A DNA stretch of 64,000 nucleotides from Bdellovibrio sp. (GCA_036676395.1 JAKFCY010000002.1:832001-896000), one strand, 5' to 3'. Positions 9,579-19,778 are shown, counted from the stretch's first letter. Notes: generated by a model not told the origin, from the letters alone. Program-made: numbers and translations.

Positions 9579-10514
9579 ATGGGGCACAAATATTTAATTG
9601 CCGCACTGTCGTTAGTTTTTTTAGCCACAAGTTGTGGTCCGATTAAAAATAAAAAAGAAGATGAACCTGTTGTTGAAGTCTCGGCCTTTAATTCTGGCTT
9701 TGGTGGCGGAATCTATTTCGATTCAAAAGAAAGTTACGCTCGCCTTGATTTAAGCACGGGAACTGTCGAAAATTTTTTATCCAGCGACCGTAACATGACC
9801 TCGGCCTCTGTTCAGGGCGATCAGTTTGTGACTGTGAAAAAATCTCGAAGTCATCCAGAAGTATTAGTCATTAATCGCAGTAAAGACGCGCTCGTGCGAA
9901 TTTCAGTTCCTGAAAATCCAACAGGCACGCCGAAACTTTCGCGAGATGGCCAGTTCATTATTGTCGGCGGCATTGCGGGTGATACTAAAATCTATAATCT
10001 AAGTGGCCAGGTTGTGACGAATCTTTACTCGAATATTTCAAGTTATGAATGGTTAACTGACGGACGAATTATTTTTTCGCGATTTGGCACTTTATATATT
10101 TTAACTGCAGATTTTAAATCTTATAATGTATTTCGCGCCTTGCCTGGAACACCGAATTCTTTGGCTGTTAGCCCCGATGGCGGTAGAGTGGCTTTTTCTA
10201 TGATTCATATGGGTTTACCACATATCTGGATTATGGACTTATCAGGCGCACTTCGCCAAGTTACAACTTCAGCGGTGGGCGAAAATTATCCTGCTTGGTC
10301 ACCAGATGGAAGCCATCTGGTGTTAGCTAAAGGTAAGGTGGCAACAAAGGGCACACCGAATTGTTTAGAGCTGTGGGTTGTAGGTGCTCATGCGGATACA
10401 GTCAGTGATTTAACTTCTGAAGGTTCAGCCAATACATTTCGTGTACGCCAAAATGTATCTGGCCAAATTTCAGAAACGTGCGCGGTGGCAGCCCCGGCAT
10501 GGCGAAGTTACTAG
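9579..10514 (+). CDS. TolB-like/PD40 beta-propeller lipoprotein
   Basis: Lipobox ATSC; SPDG/SRDG repeats (PAWSPDG). Start at ATG 9579. Confidence 0.7.
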   Translation: MGHKYLIAALSLVFLATSCGPIKNKKEDEPVVEVSAFNSGFGGGIYFDSKESYARLDLSTGTVENFLSSDRNMTSASVQGDQFVTVKKSRSHPEVLVINRSKDALVRISVPENPTGTPKLSRDGQFIIVGGIAGDTKIYNLSGQVVTNLYSNISSYEWLTDGRIIFSRFGTLYILTADFKSYNVFRALPGTPNSLAVSPDGGRVAFSMIHMGLPHIWIMDLSGALRQVTTSAVGENYPAWSPDGSHLVLAKGKVATKGTPNCLELWVVGAHADTVSDLTSEGSANTFRVRQNVSGQISETCAVAAPAWRSY

Positions 10515-10894
10515 TTTTGATCAGAACAGGCTTTGATATCTAATTTAATATTTTTATCAGACGCATCTTGTGGATAATCTGAAATGCGATCGTAAGTTAG
10601 TTTAATAAGAGCGCGTTCAGCACGACATTCAATGATGGTGAATGTACCGTGATCTCCAGAGGCATATCTGTCATCAGCAGCTTTTTGCGCCGTTTTAATT
10701 AAAGCACAAACACCTTTAGCACTTCCTAAATAACAAGTATTAGGGGCGCGGCTAAAGCCATCTTCCATAAAGCCAGAAAAAATAGCCACCGTAATATTGC
10801 CATCTTTTATTTTTGGATAATAAGATAGAATCTGCGTTGCAGAAGCCAGTTGGGCGAAAGCTGATAATGCAGTTACGAAAATAAATTTTTTCAT
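10511..10894 (-). CDS. Secreted hypothetical protein
   Basis: MKKFIFVTAL...ASA signal peptide; SD AGGAG upstream. Confidence 0.65.
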   Translation of the reverse strand: MKKFIFVTALSAFAQLASATQILSYYPKIKDGNITVAIFSGFMEDGFSRAPNTCYLGSAKGVCALIKTAQKAADDRYASGDHGTFTIIECRAERALIKLTYDRISDYPQDASDKNIKLDIKACSDQN

Positions 10895-11097
10895 GACGGA
10901 ACTCCTTGGTTCTTTGAACAGGCTCATCTTAACACAAAATCACTGTGACTTTAGAGAGCTCTTCCGGTCTTTGAAAAGGATTACTGAACGTCAAAAAGTT
11001 AGACGCTCTTTACGAGCTTCTTCTTTTTGTGGGTAACGTATTTTCATTATAAAGCCAAATAAGAGGTATTTAATGATGTCGAAGCATCTTTTGCTTA

Positions 11098-11156
11098 CTC
11101 ATGTTTTCGGTTTACAAAAATTAAGATCTACAAAAAGTGTAAACCGAAAACATGAG
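11098..11156. repeat. Perfect 19-bp inverted repeat with 21-nt loop
   Basis: CTCATGTTTTCGGTTTACA (11098-11116) / TGTAAACCGAAAACATGAG (11138-11156). Confidence 0.9.
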
Positions 11157-11189
11157 CGAAGAATTCTGTATTATCTAGAATAATCCCGG

Positions 11190-11741
11190 TCACGCCCACA
11201 GACAGGCTAATCCAAATCCAATAAAAAGCAGGCTAGCCACACGATGCACCCACTTCATCGGTATACGGTCAGTGAACCATTGGCCAAGATAGACTGCGGG
11301 AGCGTTGGCTAACATCATTCCCAGCGTAGTTCCAACGGTCACAGCCGCAATAGAAGTGTATTTGGCCCCGAGGGCTACGGTGGCTAACTGAGTTTTATCA
11401 CCCATTTCAGCAATAAAAAAAGCAATCAGTGTTGTCACAAAAGCGCCATAACGATCAGTCATTTTCAGGCCGTTATCTTTATCAGGAATTAAAACCCACA
11501 AACCAAAAATAATGAATGTGATCGCCAATAACCAGCGTAAAGTGTACGACGAAAAATAATTTGTGATAAACGAACCTACATAACTTGCTAACGCGTGATT
11601 TAACAGCGTGGCTATGAAAATGCCGAGTAAAATAGGAAGGGGTTTTCTAAATCTAGCGGCCAGAATTAAAGCTAACAATTGGGTTTTGTCGCCCATTTCG
11701 CTGATAAAAACTAAAACTGTTGAATTGATGATAGATTCCAT
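11190..11741 (-). CDS. UPF0016/TMEM165/GDT1 family Mn2+/Ca2+ exporter
   Basis: Two EMGDKTQL motifs. Confidence 0.93.
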   Translation of the reverse strand: MESIINSTVLVFISEMGDKTQLLALILAARFRKPLPILLGIFIATLLNHALASYVGSFITNYFSSYTLRWLLAITFIIFGLWVLIPDKDNGLKMTDRYGAFVTTLIAFFIAEMGDKTQLATVALGAKYTSIAAVTVGTTLGMMLANAPAVYLGQWFTDRIPMKWVHRVASLLFIGFGLACLWA

Positions 11742-11744
11742 TTG

Positions 11745-11815
11745 TAACCTCACTTGTTCGCCGTGAGATCGATAGCCTTTGCTAAAGAGTTAAAGACATA
11801 TGACTACTCCCTAAC
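11745..11815 (-). ncRNA. Possible degenerate/minimal yybP-ykoY-like Mn2+ riboswitch leader
   Basis: Minus strand reads AGGGAGTAG...TTTAGCAAAGG, then a CTCAC/GTGAG hairpin covering the SD, directly upstream of a UPF0016 gene. Confidence 0.4.
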
Positions 11816-11928
11816 AATTTCTAATTTAAAATAGGCTCAGAAAAAACGCAAGGTTTTACCTGTAATGGCATTTTTTGGTCTGAACTGTATCTTGTATACT
11901 AGCTTAAGTTTAACCTAGAATAAGTGGT

Positions 11929-12609
11929 ATGAGCCCATTTCGCCGCGGTTTTAAAGGTATGCTGCCAATCGTTCCAGGAATTATTCCTTTTGGTGCGGTC
12001 ATGGGAACTGTCAGTGCCGACGCCCATTTAAGTTTTTTTCAAACAGTATCGATGAATTTTTTAGTGTTTGCAGGCGCATCGCAACTTGCTGCGATTGATT
12101 TAATGAATCAGCAAGCGGCGGTTATCGTTGTTGTTGCGACCGGACTAATTATTAATTTACGTTTTTTACTTTATAGCGCGGCTATGTCACCGATTGTGCA
12201 GCAAGAAAGTTTTATAAAAAAGTTTATCACCGCATATTGTGTTACTGATCAAAGTTATGCGGTGATGATCTCTGAGCAAGATCATTTTAAATCCAATCAC
12301 GAAGCTATACAGTTTTATTTGGGGTCATGCCTATGCATGGTGATCGTGTGGCAATCATCGGTAATCGCTGGATTTATCTTCGGAAATTTTGCACCTAAAT
12401 CATTATCCTTAGATTATGCGATCCCTTTAAGTTTTGTTGCTTTACTTATGCCGACACTTAAAAATTCGAAGTACGTGATTGTAGCGATTTTTTCGGCTGT
12501 GGCGTCTTTGTTATTACAGCAAATGCCTTTTAAAACGGGATTAATTGCGACGGCGATTTTAGGAATCTGTTTGGCGTTATTTTTAACTCGTAAAAAGGCG
12601 GCGAAATGA
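11929..12609 (+). CDS. azlC: AzlC-family branched-chain amino acid exporter
   Basis: VFAGASQL, INLRFLLYS, TDQSYA. Confidence 0.88.
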   Translation: MSPFRRGFKGMLPIVPGIIPFGAVMGTVSADAHLSFFQTVSMNFLVFAGASQLAAIDLMNQQAAVIVVVATGLIINLRFLLYSAAMSPIVQQESFIKKFITAYCVTDQSYAVMISEQDHFKSNHEAIQFYLGSCLCMVIVWQSSVIAGFIFGNFAPKSLSLDYAIPLSFVALLMPTLKNSKYVIVAIFSAVASLLLQQMPFKTGLIATAILGICLALFLTRKKAAK

Positions 12610-12929
12610 TTCCTCAAGGCTATTACTGGTTAAATATAGCTTTATTAGCGGTTGGAACTATCGTTATTCGCGGATCAATCATTGCTCTTTCTGCGCGGGT
12701 AAAAATTTCTGACCGATTAAAAGAATTATTCACGTTTATTCCTGCGGCTATATTGCCAGCCTTTATCGCTCCAGCTGTTTTTTTTCATCAAGGTGAAGTG
12801 TCATGGATGATGGGTAAAGAACGTGTCGTGGTGCTAATCTTAGCCGCTATTTTATGTTGGGTGACCCGCAGCACACTGGCGACGGTAGGTTTTGGTTTAC
12901 TTGCGCTTTACCTTTTTACTAACTTTTGA
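12606..12929 (+). CDS. azlD: AzlD-family subunit
   Basis: Small hydrophobic protein with PAAILPA; ATGA overlap with azlC. Confidence 0.85.
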   Translation: MIPQGYYWLNIALLAVGTIVIRGSIIALSARVKISDRLKELFTFIPAAILPAFIAPAVFFHQGEVSWMMGKERVVVLILAAILCWVTRSTLATVGFGLLALYLFTNF

Positions 12930-13670
12930 TTTTTTGGCTTTAGCCAGCCGCGCTTTATCTCGAAGCCCTTTAGCAAAGACTTGAGCTTCAGTTTTTAACT
13001 CTTGGCTGATGGCATGCCACTCAACATTTTCTAGCGCGCCAATAAGAGCGTAAGCAAAAATCGAATGATTATTTTTAGGATTTACTTCGCATAATTTTTG
13101 AAAAGTCTTTTTCCAGCCTAACTTCATAAACTGGGCCGGAGTTTTAATTCCTGCTTTTGCAAAAGTGCTGACCGCTGCCGGCCCCAGATTTTTAAAATCA
13201 GAGATCGATTTAATTTTATCTTTTTTCTCGGCGATAGTTTCATCGCGAAACATACGTGGCTTTCGCATATCTGCTGTCGAAACTTTTTCGATTTTGACTG
13301 GCTTATTTACTTTTTTTTCAGCTTTTTTCTTGCGGTCGGGGATAGTGCCAAATAAAGTTTGCGGCTTTGCTAATTCGCGAATCACTTTTTTAGCGTGGTC
13401 TTCAAAGTCTTCATCACTTAAAGATAAATAAAGCCATTTTGGTAAAATGCTATGGTTGACTAAAAACGGAAAAGCTTGCAGAAGCTTGGGGTGATGTTCT
13501 TTTTCAGCCGGAAACATACAGCCATTCCAGCGGTCTGAACTGCCCTCAAAAAGGATGAGCTTTAAAAAAGGGCCATCATAATAAGCAAATCCACCGAACA
13601 TAGCGCGGCGGTTAAAGCTTTCTGGCAGCTGATCTTCAATCCATTGCAATTCATTAAGAGTTTTGGCCAT
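12897..13670 (-). CDS. TfoX/Sxy family protein (TfoX_N + TfoX_C)
   Basis: RAMFGGFAYY N-domain; KNLGP....KAGIKT...YALIGALE..W C-domain. Confidence 0.8.
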   Translation of the reverse strand: MAKTLNELQWIEDQLPESFNRRAMFGGFAYYDGPFLKLILFEGSSDRWNGCMFPAEKEHHPKLLQAFPFLVNHSILPKWLYLSLSDEDFEDHAKKVIRELAKPQTLFGTIPDRKKKAEKKVNKPVKIEKVSTADMRKPRMFRDETIAEKKDKIKSISDFKNLGPAAVSTFAKAGIKTPAQFMKLGWKKTFQKLCEVNPKNNHSIFAYALIGALENVEWHAISQELKTEAQVFAKGLRDKARLAKAKKSKVSKKVKRK

Positions 13671-13755
13671 AGGTTATTCATAACTAAAAAATCTCTTTTA
13701 CTCAAAAAGATTTAACATCTAGAGTTAAGGTATTAGCTACTTTTAAGGAGATCTT

Positions 13756-14640
13756 ATGATTAAACAGCTTGGTTTGGCGCTTATGACCGTATTTATGTGT
13801 TCTTGTACATCACTTCCAAAAAGTGAAGTCTACTCTGCAAATTCAAAAGGATCGACCGGTAACCCCAAAGAGATCGTATTTATTCACGGTATGTTTATGA
13901 CTCCAGACAACTGGACCGAGTGGCAAAAATACTTTACGCAAAATGGCTATAAAACATCAGCCCCAGCTTGGCCTCAGCATGACAAGTCAGTGGCTGAAAT
14001 GAATGACCCAAAAAACTATGAGGCTTTAGCCAAAGTCACATTAGAAGACGTGCTTAATCATTATCGTCAAATTTTGCGCGAGAAAAAAGTAAAGCCTATT
14101 TTAATAGGGCATTCAATGGGCGGTCTAATATCACAGATTTTATTAAGCGAAAATTTGGCATCAGCGGCTGTGGTTTTAGATTCAGCTCCACCACGCGGAG
14201 TATTTATCATCAGTACAACTTTTTTAAGAGCTAACTGGAAAATCATTACTCCGTTTGCCAGCAAAAATAAACCGATCGTGCAAGATCAAGAAAGTTTTGC
14301 AGCCAGTTTTTGTAATGCACAATCTGAAGCTGAACAAAAAAGAATTTATTCGACATTTGCAGTGCCAGAATCAAAACGTGTTGGTCTTGGCCCATTAACA
14401 AAAGTGGGTTCATTAAATGAAGAAAATGCACGTGGGCCGTTATTGTTAGTGGCGGGCAGTGAAGATCGTATTATTCCGGCGCGCTTAACCTATGAAAATT
14501 TTGAAATCTATGAAGATACTCCAGGTTACACTGAATTTTATTTGGCAGATGGAAAAGATCACTGCCTGATGTTAACCCCAGGTTGGGAAGCCTTAGCCGA
14601 AACTTCGCGTTTATGGTTAGAAAAACAACTGGTGAAATAA
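13756..14640 (+). CDS. Alpha/beta hydrolase lipoprotein
   Basis: FIHG, GHSMGG, lipobox MCSC. Confidence 0.88.
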   Translation: MIKQLGLALMTVFMCSCTSLPKSEVYSANSKGSTGNPKEIVFIHGMFMTPDNWTEWQKYFTQNGYKTSAPAWPQHDKSVAEMNDPKNYEALAKVTLEDVLNHYRQILREKKVKPILIGHSMGGLISQILLSENLASAAVVLDSAPPRGVFIISTTFLRANWKIITPFASKNKPIVQDQESFAASFCNAQSEAEQKRIYSTFAVPESKRVGLGPLTKVGSLNEENARGPLLLVAGSEDRIIPARLTYENFEIYEDTPGYTEFYLADGKDHCLMLTPGWEALAETSRLWLEKQLVK

Positions 14641-15134
14641 TGAATTCAAGTGTTGTGCAATGGAAATTTGATTCAAGCGTAGGGCCGATTTATCTAGAGG
14701 CTAGTGAAACGGGTTTGCGCGGTTGTCATCTTGAAAAACAAAAGACACCTGTGATCAAATCTTTAAGTGAAGCAGGTCCAGCTAAAAAGTTTTTAGTTCA
14801 GGCCGAAAGTGAAATCACTGAATACTTAAACGGCGAGCGAAAAAAGTTTACTATAAAGCTTGAAATTATCGGCACAGATTTTCAAAAACAAGTTTGGCAG
14901 CAGTTGCAACAAATTCCATTTGGTCAATCACTGTCATATAAAGAACTTGCTGAAAACATCAAAAACCCAAAAGCAGTTCGCGCTGTCGGAACAGCCAACG
15001 GACGTAATAACTTTTGCATTATTATTCCGTGTCACCGCGTGATTGCCGCTGATGGCACTTTAGGTGGTTATTCAGGTGGATTACCATTTAAGAAAAAATT
15101 ATTACAATTAGAAAACATCGCTTACAAAAACTAA
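14640..15134 (+). CDS. ogt: Methylated-DNA-protein-cysteine methyltransferase
   Basis: GTDFQKQVW, RAVGTANG.N, IPCHRVI active site. Confidence 0.95.
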   Translation: MNSSVVQWKFDSSVGPIYLEASETGLRGCHLEKQKTPVIKSLSEAGPAKKFLVQAESEITEYLNGERKKFTIKLEIIGTDFQKQVWQQLQQIPFGQSLSYKELAENIKNPKAVRAVGTANGRNNFCIIIPCHRVIAADGTLGGYSGGLPFKKKLLQLENIAYKN

Positions 15135-15241
15135 TGATTTAGACCAGCATTCAATAATTTCTGTCCAGATTTGAGATTTCGGCCCTTGTTCAAGACCAAG
15201 GGCCCGTTTAATAAAGCCGTAAAAATTACGATAATTAACCT

Positions 15242-16279
15242 ATGATATCACTATGGATTACCATCGGCCTTGTCATTTCTGCAGTTCTGGTTTCATCACT
15301 AGGAGCTTATTTCTCAATTATCGGGATCGGTGCCTTATTTAGCGGTGCTCTTGTTGCTGTGTGCTTAATGGCTGGATCTTTAGAATTTGCTAAGTTTGTC
15401 TTAGCGGCTTACCTTCACCAAACCTGGAAAAATCTTAATTTTGTATTTAAAATTTACATGACTTTTGCGGTTATCACTTTAAGTGCGATTACAAGTATCG
15501 GGGTGTTCGGATTTTTATCTGATGCTTACCAATCAGCTTCTACAGTTTTAGAAGGTGAAACCATCAAATTAGAGAATGTAAAAAAACAACAAGAAATGAT
15601 CACCGCTGAAATTGAACGTTTAAACTATTCTGTTGAAGAGATTCCAGAAGAGCGCATGTCGAAAAGGCTAGCAGCACGTCAGGCGATTGAGCCTCGCATT
15701 TTAGAGCTTAATAAAAAATATGCCGACAACGAAAAAACCGTGACTGATTCGCAGTTGCAAATTTTAGAAGTAAAGAAAAAAGTAGGACCATTAATTTACA
15801 TTTCTCGTAATTTTAATGTGCCGATTGATAAAGTAGTTCAGTACTTAATATTAATTTTCGTGAGCGTATTTGATCCATTAGCGATTTGTTTGGTTATCGC
15901 TTCGACGTATTCGATTGAATCACGTAAGAACAAACATTTAGTGCAACACATGGAGCAAATGCAAGAAGCTGAGTTAGAAGCTAAACTTGCAGCCGCAAGA
16001 CAGGCAGCCGCTCAGCAAATGAGTGCAACGGCCACAGAAGTGGCGCAGATGACAGCAACAGTTGAGGCCGTCGCGCAAGCGAACGTGCAACAAGCAGTTA
16101 ATGAAGTCGTTACAGAACAAAAAGAAGTGGCTGCAGCAGAAGCTGAGCATTCAAAAGCTATCGCTGCAGAAGCTGTTAATCCAGATAATGTGGCTACAGA
16201 AGACGACGTTATTGTACAGATGAATTTTAAAGATGAAGTTGCAACTGAGCCAGTCGTAAAAGACGATAAAGTGGTTTAA
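15242..16279 (+). CDS. Membrane protein with coiled coil and Ala/Glu-rich tail
   Basis: Several TM helices, GSLEFAK, GPLIY, IFVSVFDPLA. Confidence 0.75.
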   Translation: MISLWITIGLVISAVLVSSLGAYFSIIGIGALFSGALVAVCLMAGSLEFAKFVLAAYLHQTWKNLNFVFKIYMTFAVITLSAITSIGVFGFLSDAYQSASTVLEGETIKLENVKKQQEMITAEIERLNYSVEEIPEERMSKRLAARQAIEPRILELNKKYADNEKTVTDSQLQILEVKKKVGPLIYISRNFNVPIDKVVQYLILIFVSVFDPLAICLVIASTYSIESRKNKHLVQHMEQMQEAELEAKLAAARQAAAQQMSATATEVAQMTATVEAVAQANVQQAVNEVVTEQKEVAAAEAEHSKAIAAEAVNPDNVATEDDVIVQMNFKDEVATEPVVKDDKVV

Positions 16280-16282
16280 GCT

Positions 16283-17146
16283 ATGATCATTGTTACCAAG
16301 TTTTTAGAACGCAAATGGGTTATTCAGCTGTTCGGTCTTGGACTGATCATCGCTCCATTTGTGAATATTCTAATTCAATTCTTGGTGTTAAATTCTAAAT
16401 CCGGCATTTCTTGGCGCTATATCAGCATTTCGTCGTATTTAATGAGCGGTTCGATTGCTAATTATATTTTAGCGATTGGCAGTGTGGTCATTGGCGGTAT
16501 TATGCTATCGGGTTCAACCAAAGCCTGGAAAGCCGTTTTACTTTTAGTCGGAACTCATTTGCTGGTGCAAATTTTAAATTATAAATCTAAAGAATGGAAT
16601 GGAACTCTTGGATGGGGAGCCTTTGCTGTCAATCTTTCGGTTTTCTTATTTATCGCCGATCAATTAGTCTGGCGCGTGAAAACAAAAGAAGAAATTTTTG
16701 CTGAAGCGATGGAAAAAGCAGCTGCTTTAATTCCTAAAACGAAAGCTGAAATAAAAATTCCCGTAACAGCCACTCCTGAGGTTACTCCTGCGCCGACGGC
16801 TCCAGTAGCAGCGTCTGCAGAAGCAGGTTTTATTTTAGGTGCGGGCAGTTCGATCGAAAAGATCTTACATTTGAAATCATATAAAAAAATATTTTTTAGT
16901 TTTGGCAGTGATCGCCCCTGGGGCCGTTTGATGACTTTAAACAGTCATCAATTAATCGTGAACTGTTTTGCGGCAGCGCCTGAAGCCATTGAAAACAAAG
17001 TCGTTGCCATCAGCTTTACTAAAAATTTAGTGATCGATATTAAATTTGATCGAAAAGAGAGTAATTTGTATTACTTTACTCCCTTAGATATGACGCCAGC
17101 TCGTGTATCTGAATTAAACCAATGGCTTAAAAAGATTGCTGTCTAG
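16283..17146 (+). CDS. Hypothetical membrane protein
   Basis: Four TM helices, Pro/Ala linker, soluble C-terminal domain. Confidence 0.7.
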   Translation: MIIVTKFLERKWVIQLFGLGLIIAPFVNILIQFLVLNSKSGISWRYISISSYLMSGSIANYILAIGSVVIGGIMLSGSTKAWKAVLLLVGTHLLVQILNYKSKEWNGTLGWGAFAVNLSVFLFIADQLVWRVKTKEEIFAEAMEKAAALIPKTKAEIKIPVTATPEVTPAPTAPVAASAEAGFILGAGSSIEKILHLKSYKKIFFSFGSDRPWGRLMTLNSHQLIVNCFAAAPEAIENKVVAISFTKNLVIDIKFDRKESNLYYFTPLDMTPARVSELNQWLKKIAV

Positions 17147-17147
17147 T

Positions 17148-17504
17148 TTATTTAACTGGAACGGCCTCTACAGCTGGAGCTGCTTTTAATTTATTGGCCT
17201 GTTTCACGATCATAAATAAAACAAATGCGATAATTAAAAAATCAATTAGAGCCTGCATGAAGTTACCATAAGCAAGAACTGCAGCGCCCTTAGTTTTAGC
17301 TTCTTCGATAGTTAAATACGTATTGCCATCTAAAGCGATAAACTGTTGAGTTACATTGACGCCTTTCATGACAAGACCAATTAACGGCATTAGAATATCA
17401 TTTACTAAAGAGTTAACGATTTTGCCGAAGGCCGCTCCGATAATTACCCCAACAGCTAAATCCATCACATTGCCTTGTGCTAAAAACTTTTTAAATTCTC
17501 CCAT
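17148..17504 (-). CDS. mscL: Large-conductance mechanosensitive channel
   Basis: EFKKF...GNVMDLAVGVIIGAAFGKIVNSLV.DI.MP; YGNF. Confidence 0.97.
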   Translation of the reverse strand: MGEFKKFLAQGNVMDLAVGVIIGAAFGKIVNSLVNDILMPLIGLVMKGVNVTQQFIALDGNTYLTIEEAKTKGAAVLAYGNFMQALIDFLIIAFVLFMIVKQANKLKAAPAVEAVPVK

Positions 17505-17666
17505 AAATATATTCTCCTTTAGATCACAGCTTAAAACAGGCATCACGAAATACAAGGATTAGTTCCGCAAACGGGCGGAGCGAATTGTCAGAATGTCTTA
17601 TGCTTAGACACTGATAACAAATATAATGAGTATAAACTCGGAACAGCATGTGCATGGTTAATCACC

Positions 17667-18296
17667 ATGCACGTTTGCAGTTTGAAATCTATTTTAAGTC
17701 TTTCATTGGTTATGGCCTTTGCTTCAGCAGGATTAGCTGCTGGCAAGTCTAATCTGGTTAAGCCAAGTCAAATGGATAAGACCAAGTACTGCCAAGATCA
17801 AGAAAAATTAAAGACCTTAACTTCAATTGTGCATTTAGATGAACGCAACAGGATTGACCGTATCGTTATTCAAAAGAGCACTAAGCAATTACATTTATTA
17901 AGCCAAAGCCGAATCTATAAAACCTATAACGTGGCTTTTGGTTTTGGATTTTCAGAGGGTAATAAAGTCAAAATGAAAGACGGCCGTACGCCAGAAGGTC
18001 TTTATCACGTAGAACTTAAAAATGCGCAGTCAGCCTATCACAGAGCCTTACGAGTCTCTTACCCAAATGCTAATGATGTGGCCTTTGCTAAAGCTAACAG
18101 AGTAAACCCTGGTTCAGACATCATGATTCATGGTTTTCCGAGTGGTAAAAACAAAGACTTTGCCCGTTGGGCTTTATCAGAAACGCACCCGAAATTTAAT
18201 TGGACACAAGGTTGTATCGCAGTAACTGATAAAGAAATAGAAGAAATTTTTTCGTTAGTTACGGTTAACACCGCGATCGAAATCTGCCCGCGTTGA
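17667..18296 (+). CDS. Secreted L,D-transpeptidase (YkuD-fold, YafK/DpaA-like)
   Basis: DGRTPEG.Y, SYPN, IMIHG, WTQGCIAV. Confidence 0.88.
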   Translation: MHVCSLKSILSLSLVMAFASAGLAAGKSNLVKPSQMDKTKYCQDQEKLKTLTSIVHLDERNRIDRIVIQKSTKQLHLLSQSRIYKTYNVAFGFGFSEGNKVKMKDGRTPEGLYHVELKNAQSAYHRALRVSYPNANDVAFAKANRVNPGSDIMIHGFPSGKNKDFARWALSETHPKFNWTQGCIAVTDKEIEEIFSLVTVNTAIEICPR

Positions 18297-18425
18297 TTAA
18301 ACACCACGAGCGTGTCAAAAAGTTTACCATCACCCCTTAGACCTAATTCAATATAACGCCAAGGCAACTGGTCCTTATATTGGAATGTATTCATGCATAA
18401 CTTTAAAAAACAAAGGTGTGTCATA

Positions 18426-19757
18426 ATGAAACATTCAGTAATTATCAGAAATTTAGTGTTATTAAGCCTGGTTTCAACGTCAGTAAATCCTGCTTGGGCA
18501 CACGTCAATGGTAAAGACACCTATCGCGTAGAGATCACTATGGATCAAGCAGCGCGCGAATCATTAAAATCAAAAGATAAAGTTGAAGTTTCAGAAGCAA
18601 ACTTAAAAGTCTACTCTGAAGGTCAGTTAACTGATGAAGAGCAAGTATCAGTATCAACTCGTGGCCAAAGCTCATTAAAATTTCCGCGTAAAAACTTTGC
18701 CGTAAAAGCCCTTAAAGAAGCTGATGGCGAAAGTAAAAAACTTAAAGTTGGCGGCATTAAATCAAAGAGCATTACGATGTCAGCAAGCCCTGAAGATTTA
18801 TTATTCGTAAAAAATAGCATCGGTTACAGTTTATTAAAAGCTATCGGCATTCATTCGTTAAAAACTCAGTTTGCTGAAGTTAAATTAAATGGTGTTTCGC
18901 AAGGGTTATATATGTTAACCGAGAACCAAACAGACAATTTAATGAAAGAACAAGATGCTGAAATTGTTATCCGCCGCAGATACAATGATGCCTTAGAAGT
19001 CAAAGACGCTAAAAAAGAATTGTCTGAAGCAGATATTTTAAAATACCAAGCTACTTTAAAAAGTGTTCATAAATCTATTCGTGAAATGCAAGGCAGTCAC
19101 TTAATTGCGACTTTAGAGAAAAATTTAAATCTTAAAAATTACTTAAAATGGTTAGCTTTTAATTATATCGTTAAAAACGGCGACTATTCAGATGAAATTT
19201 ATTTCTATGGTAAAAAGAATGCTGCCGGTGAAATTTATTTCGATGTTTCTCCGTGGGATATGGATGATTCATTTTCTGACAAAATGCACTTAAGTGGTTT
19301 TCCAGGTGGTCCGAATTACCATATGACCGAGAATTCTCAGAAACAAATGATTTATAATTACGAAAGCCGTATCGACCGCAAAGTTGCAGGTGATGCCAAG
19401 TTATTACGTATGTACTTTGAAGCTATGGATGAAGTGGTCAGTACTTTATCGCAAAATGACGTGCTCTTTAATATTCAGCAAAAGATCTTGGGCAATTTAG
19501 CTCCATATATTCAAGATGCAGATATTCAGGCAAATGGTTTATTAGACTCTGTTCAAACTCGCCATACGCCTGCAGCTATTGAAGACAATGTAAAAATCAA
19601 AATGGCTAAAATCCAATTGCGCATGCAAGAAGTTAAAGAAGAACTTGAAGTGATTAAAACTGAAGAAAACCTGAATCACCGCGTACTTGATTTGTCTGGT
19701 TTAAGAAAAGTTCTAATTAAAATTGATAACGTTTTATTAAGACATTTTACTAAATAG
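18426..19757 (+). CDS. Secreted CotH-family protein kinase
   Basis: RGQSSLKFPRKNFAVK, NGVSQGLY..TE, NGD, PWDMD. Confidence 0.8.
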   Translation: MKHSVIIRNLVLLSLVSTSVNPAWAHVNGKDTYRVEITMDQAARESLKSKDKVEVSEANLKVYSEGQLTDEEQVSVSTRGQSSLKFPRKNFAVKALKEADGESKKLKVGGIKSKSITMSASPEDLLFVKNSIGYSLLKAIGIHSLKTQFAEVKLNGVSQGLYMLTENQTDNLMKEQDAEIVIRRRYNDALEVKDAKKELSEADILKYQATLKSVHKSIREMQGSHLIATLEKNLNLKNYLKWLAFNYIVKNGDYSDEIYFYGKKNAAGEIYFDVSPWDMDDSFSDKMHLSGFPGGPNYHMTENSQKQMIYNYESRIDRKVAGDAKLLRMYFEAMDEVVSTLSQNDVLFNIQQKILGNLAPYIQDADIQANGLLDSVQTRHTPAAIEDNVKIKMAKIQLRMQEVKEELEVIKTEENLNHRVLDLSGLRKVLIKIDNVLLRHFTK

Positions 19758-19778
19758 TATTTTAACGGAGTTTCGCCC

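Noticed and set aside
12897..13670. TfoX as evidence of natural competence
   Set aside because: TfoX-domain proteins are widespread, and no competence genes are adjacent.
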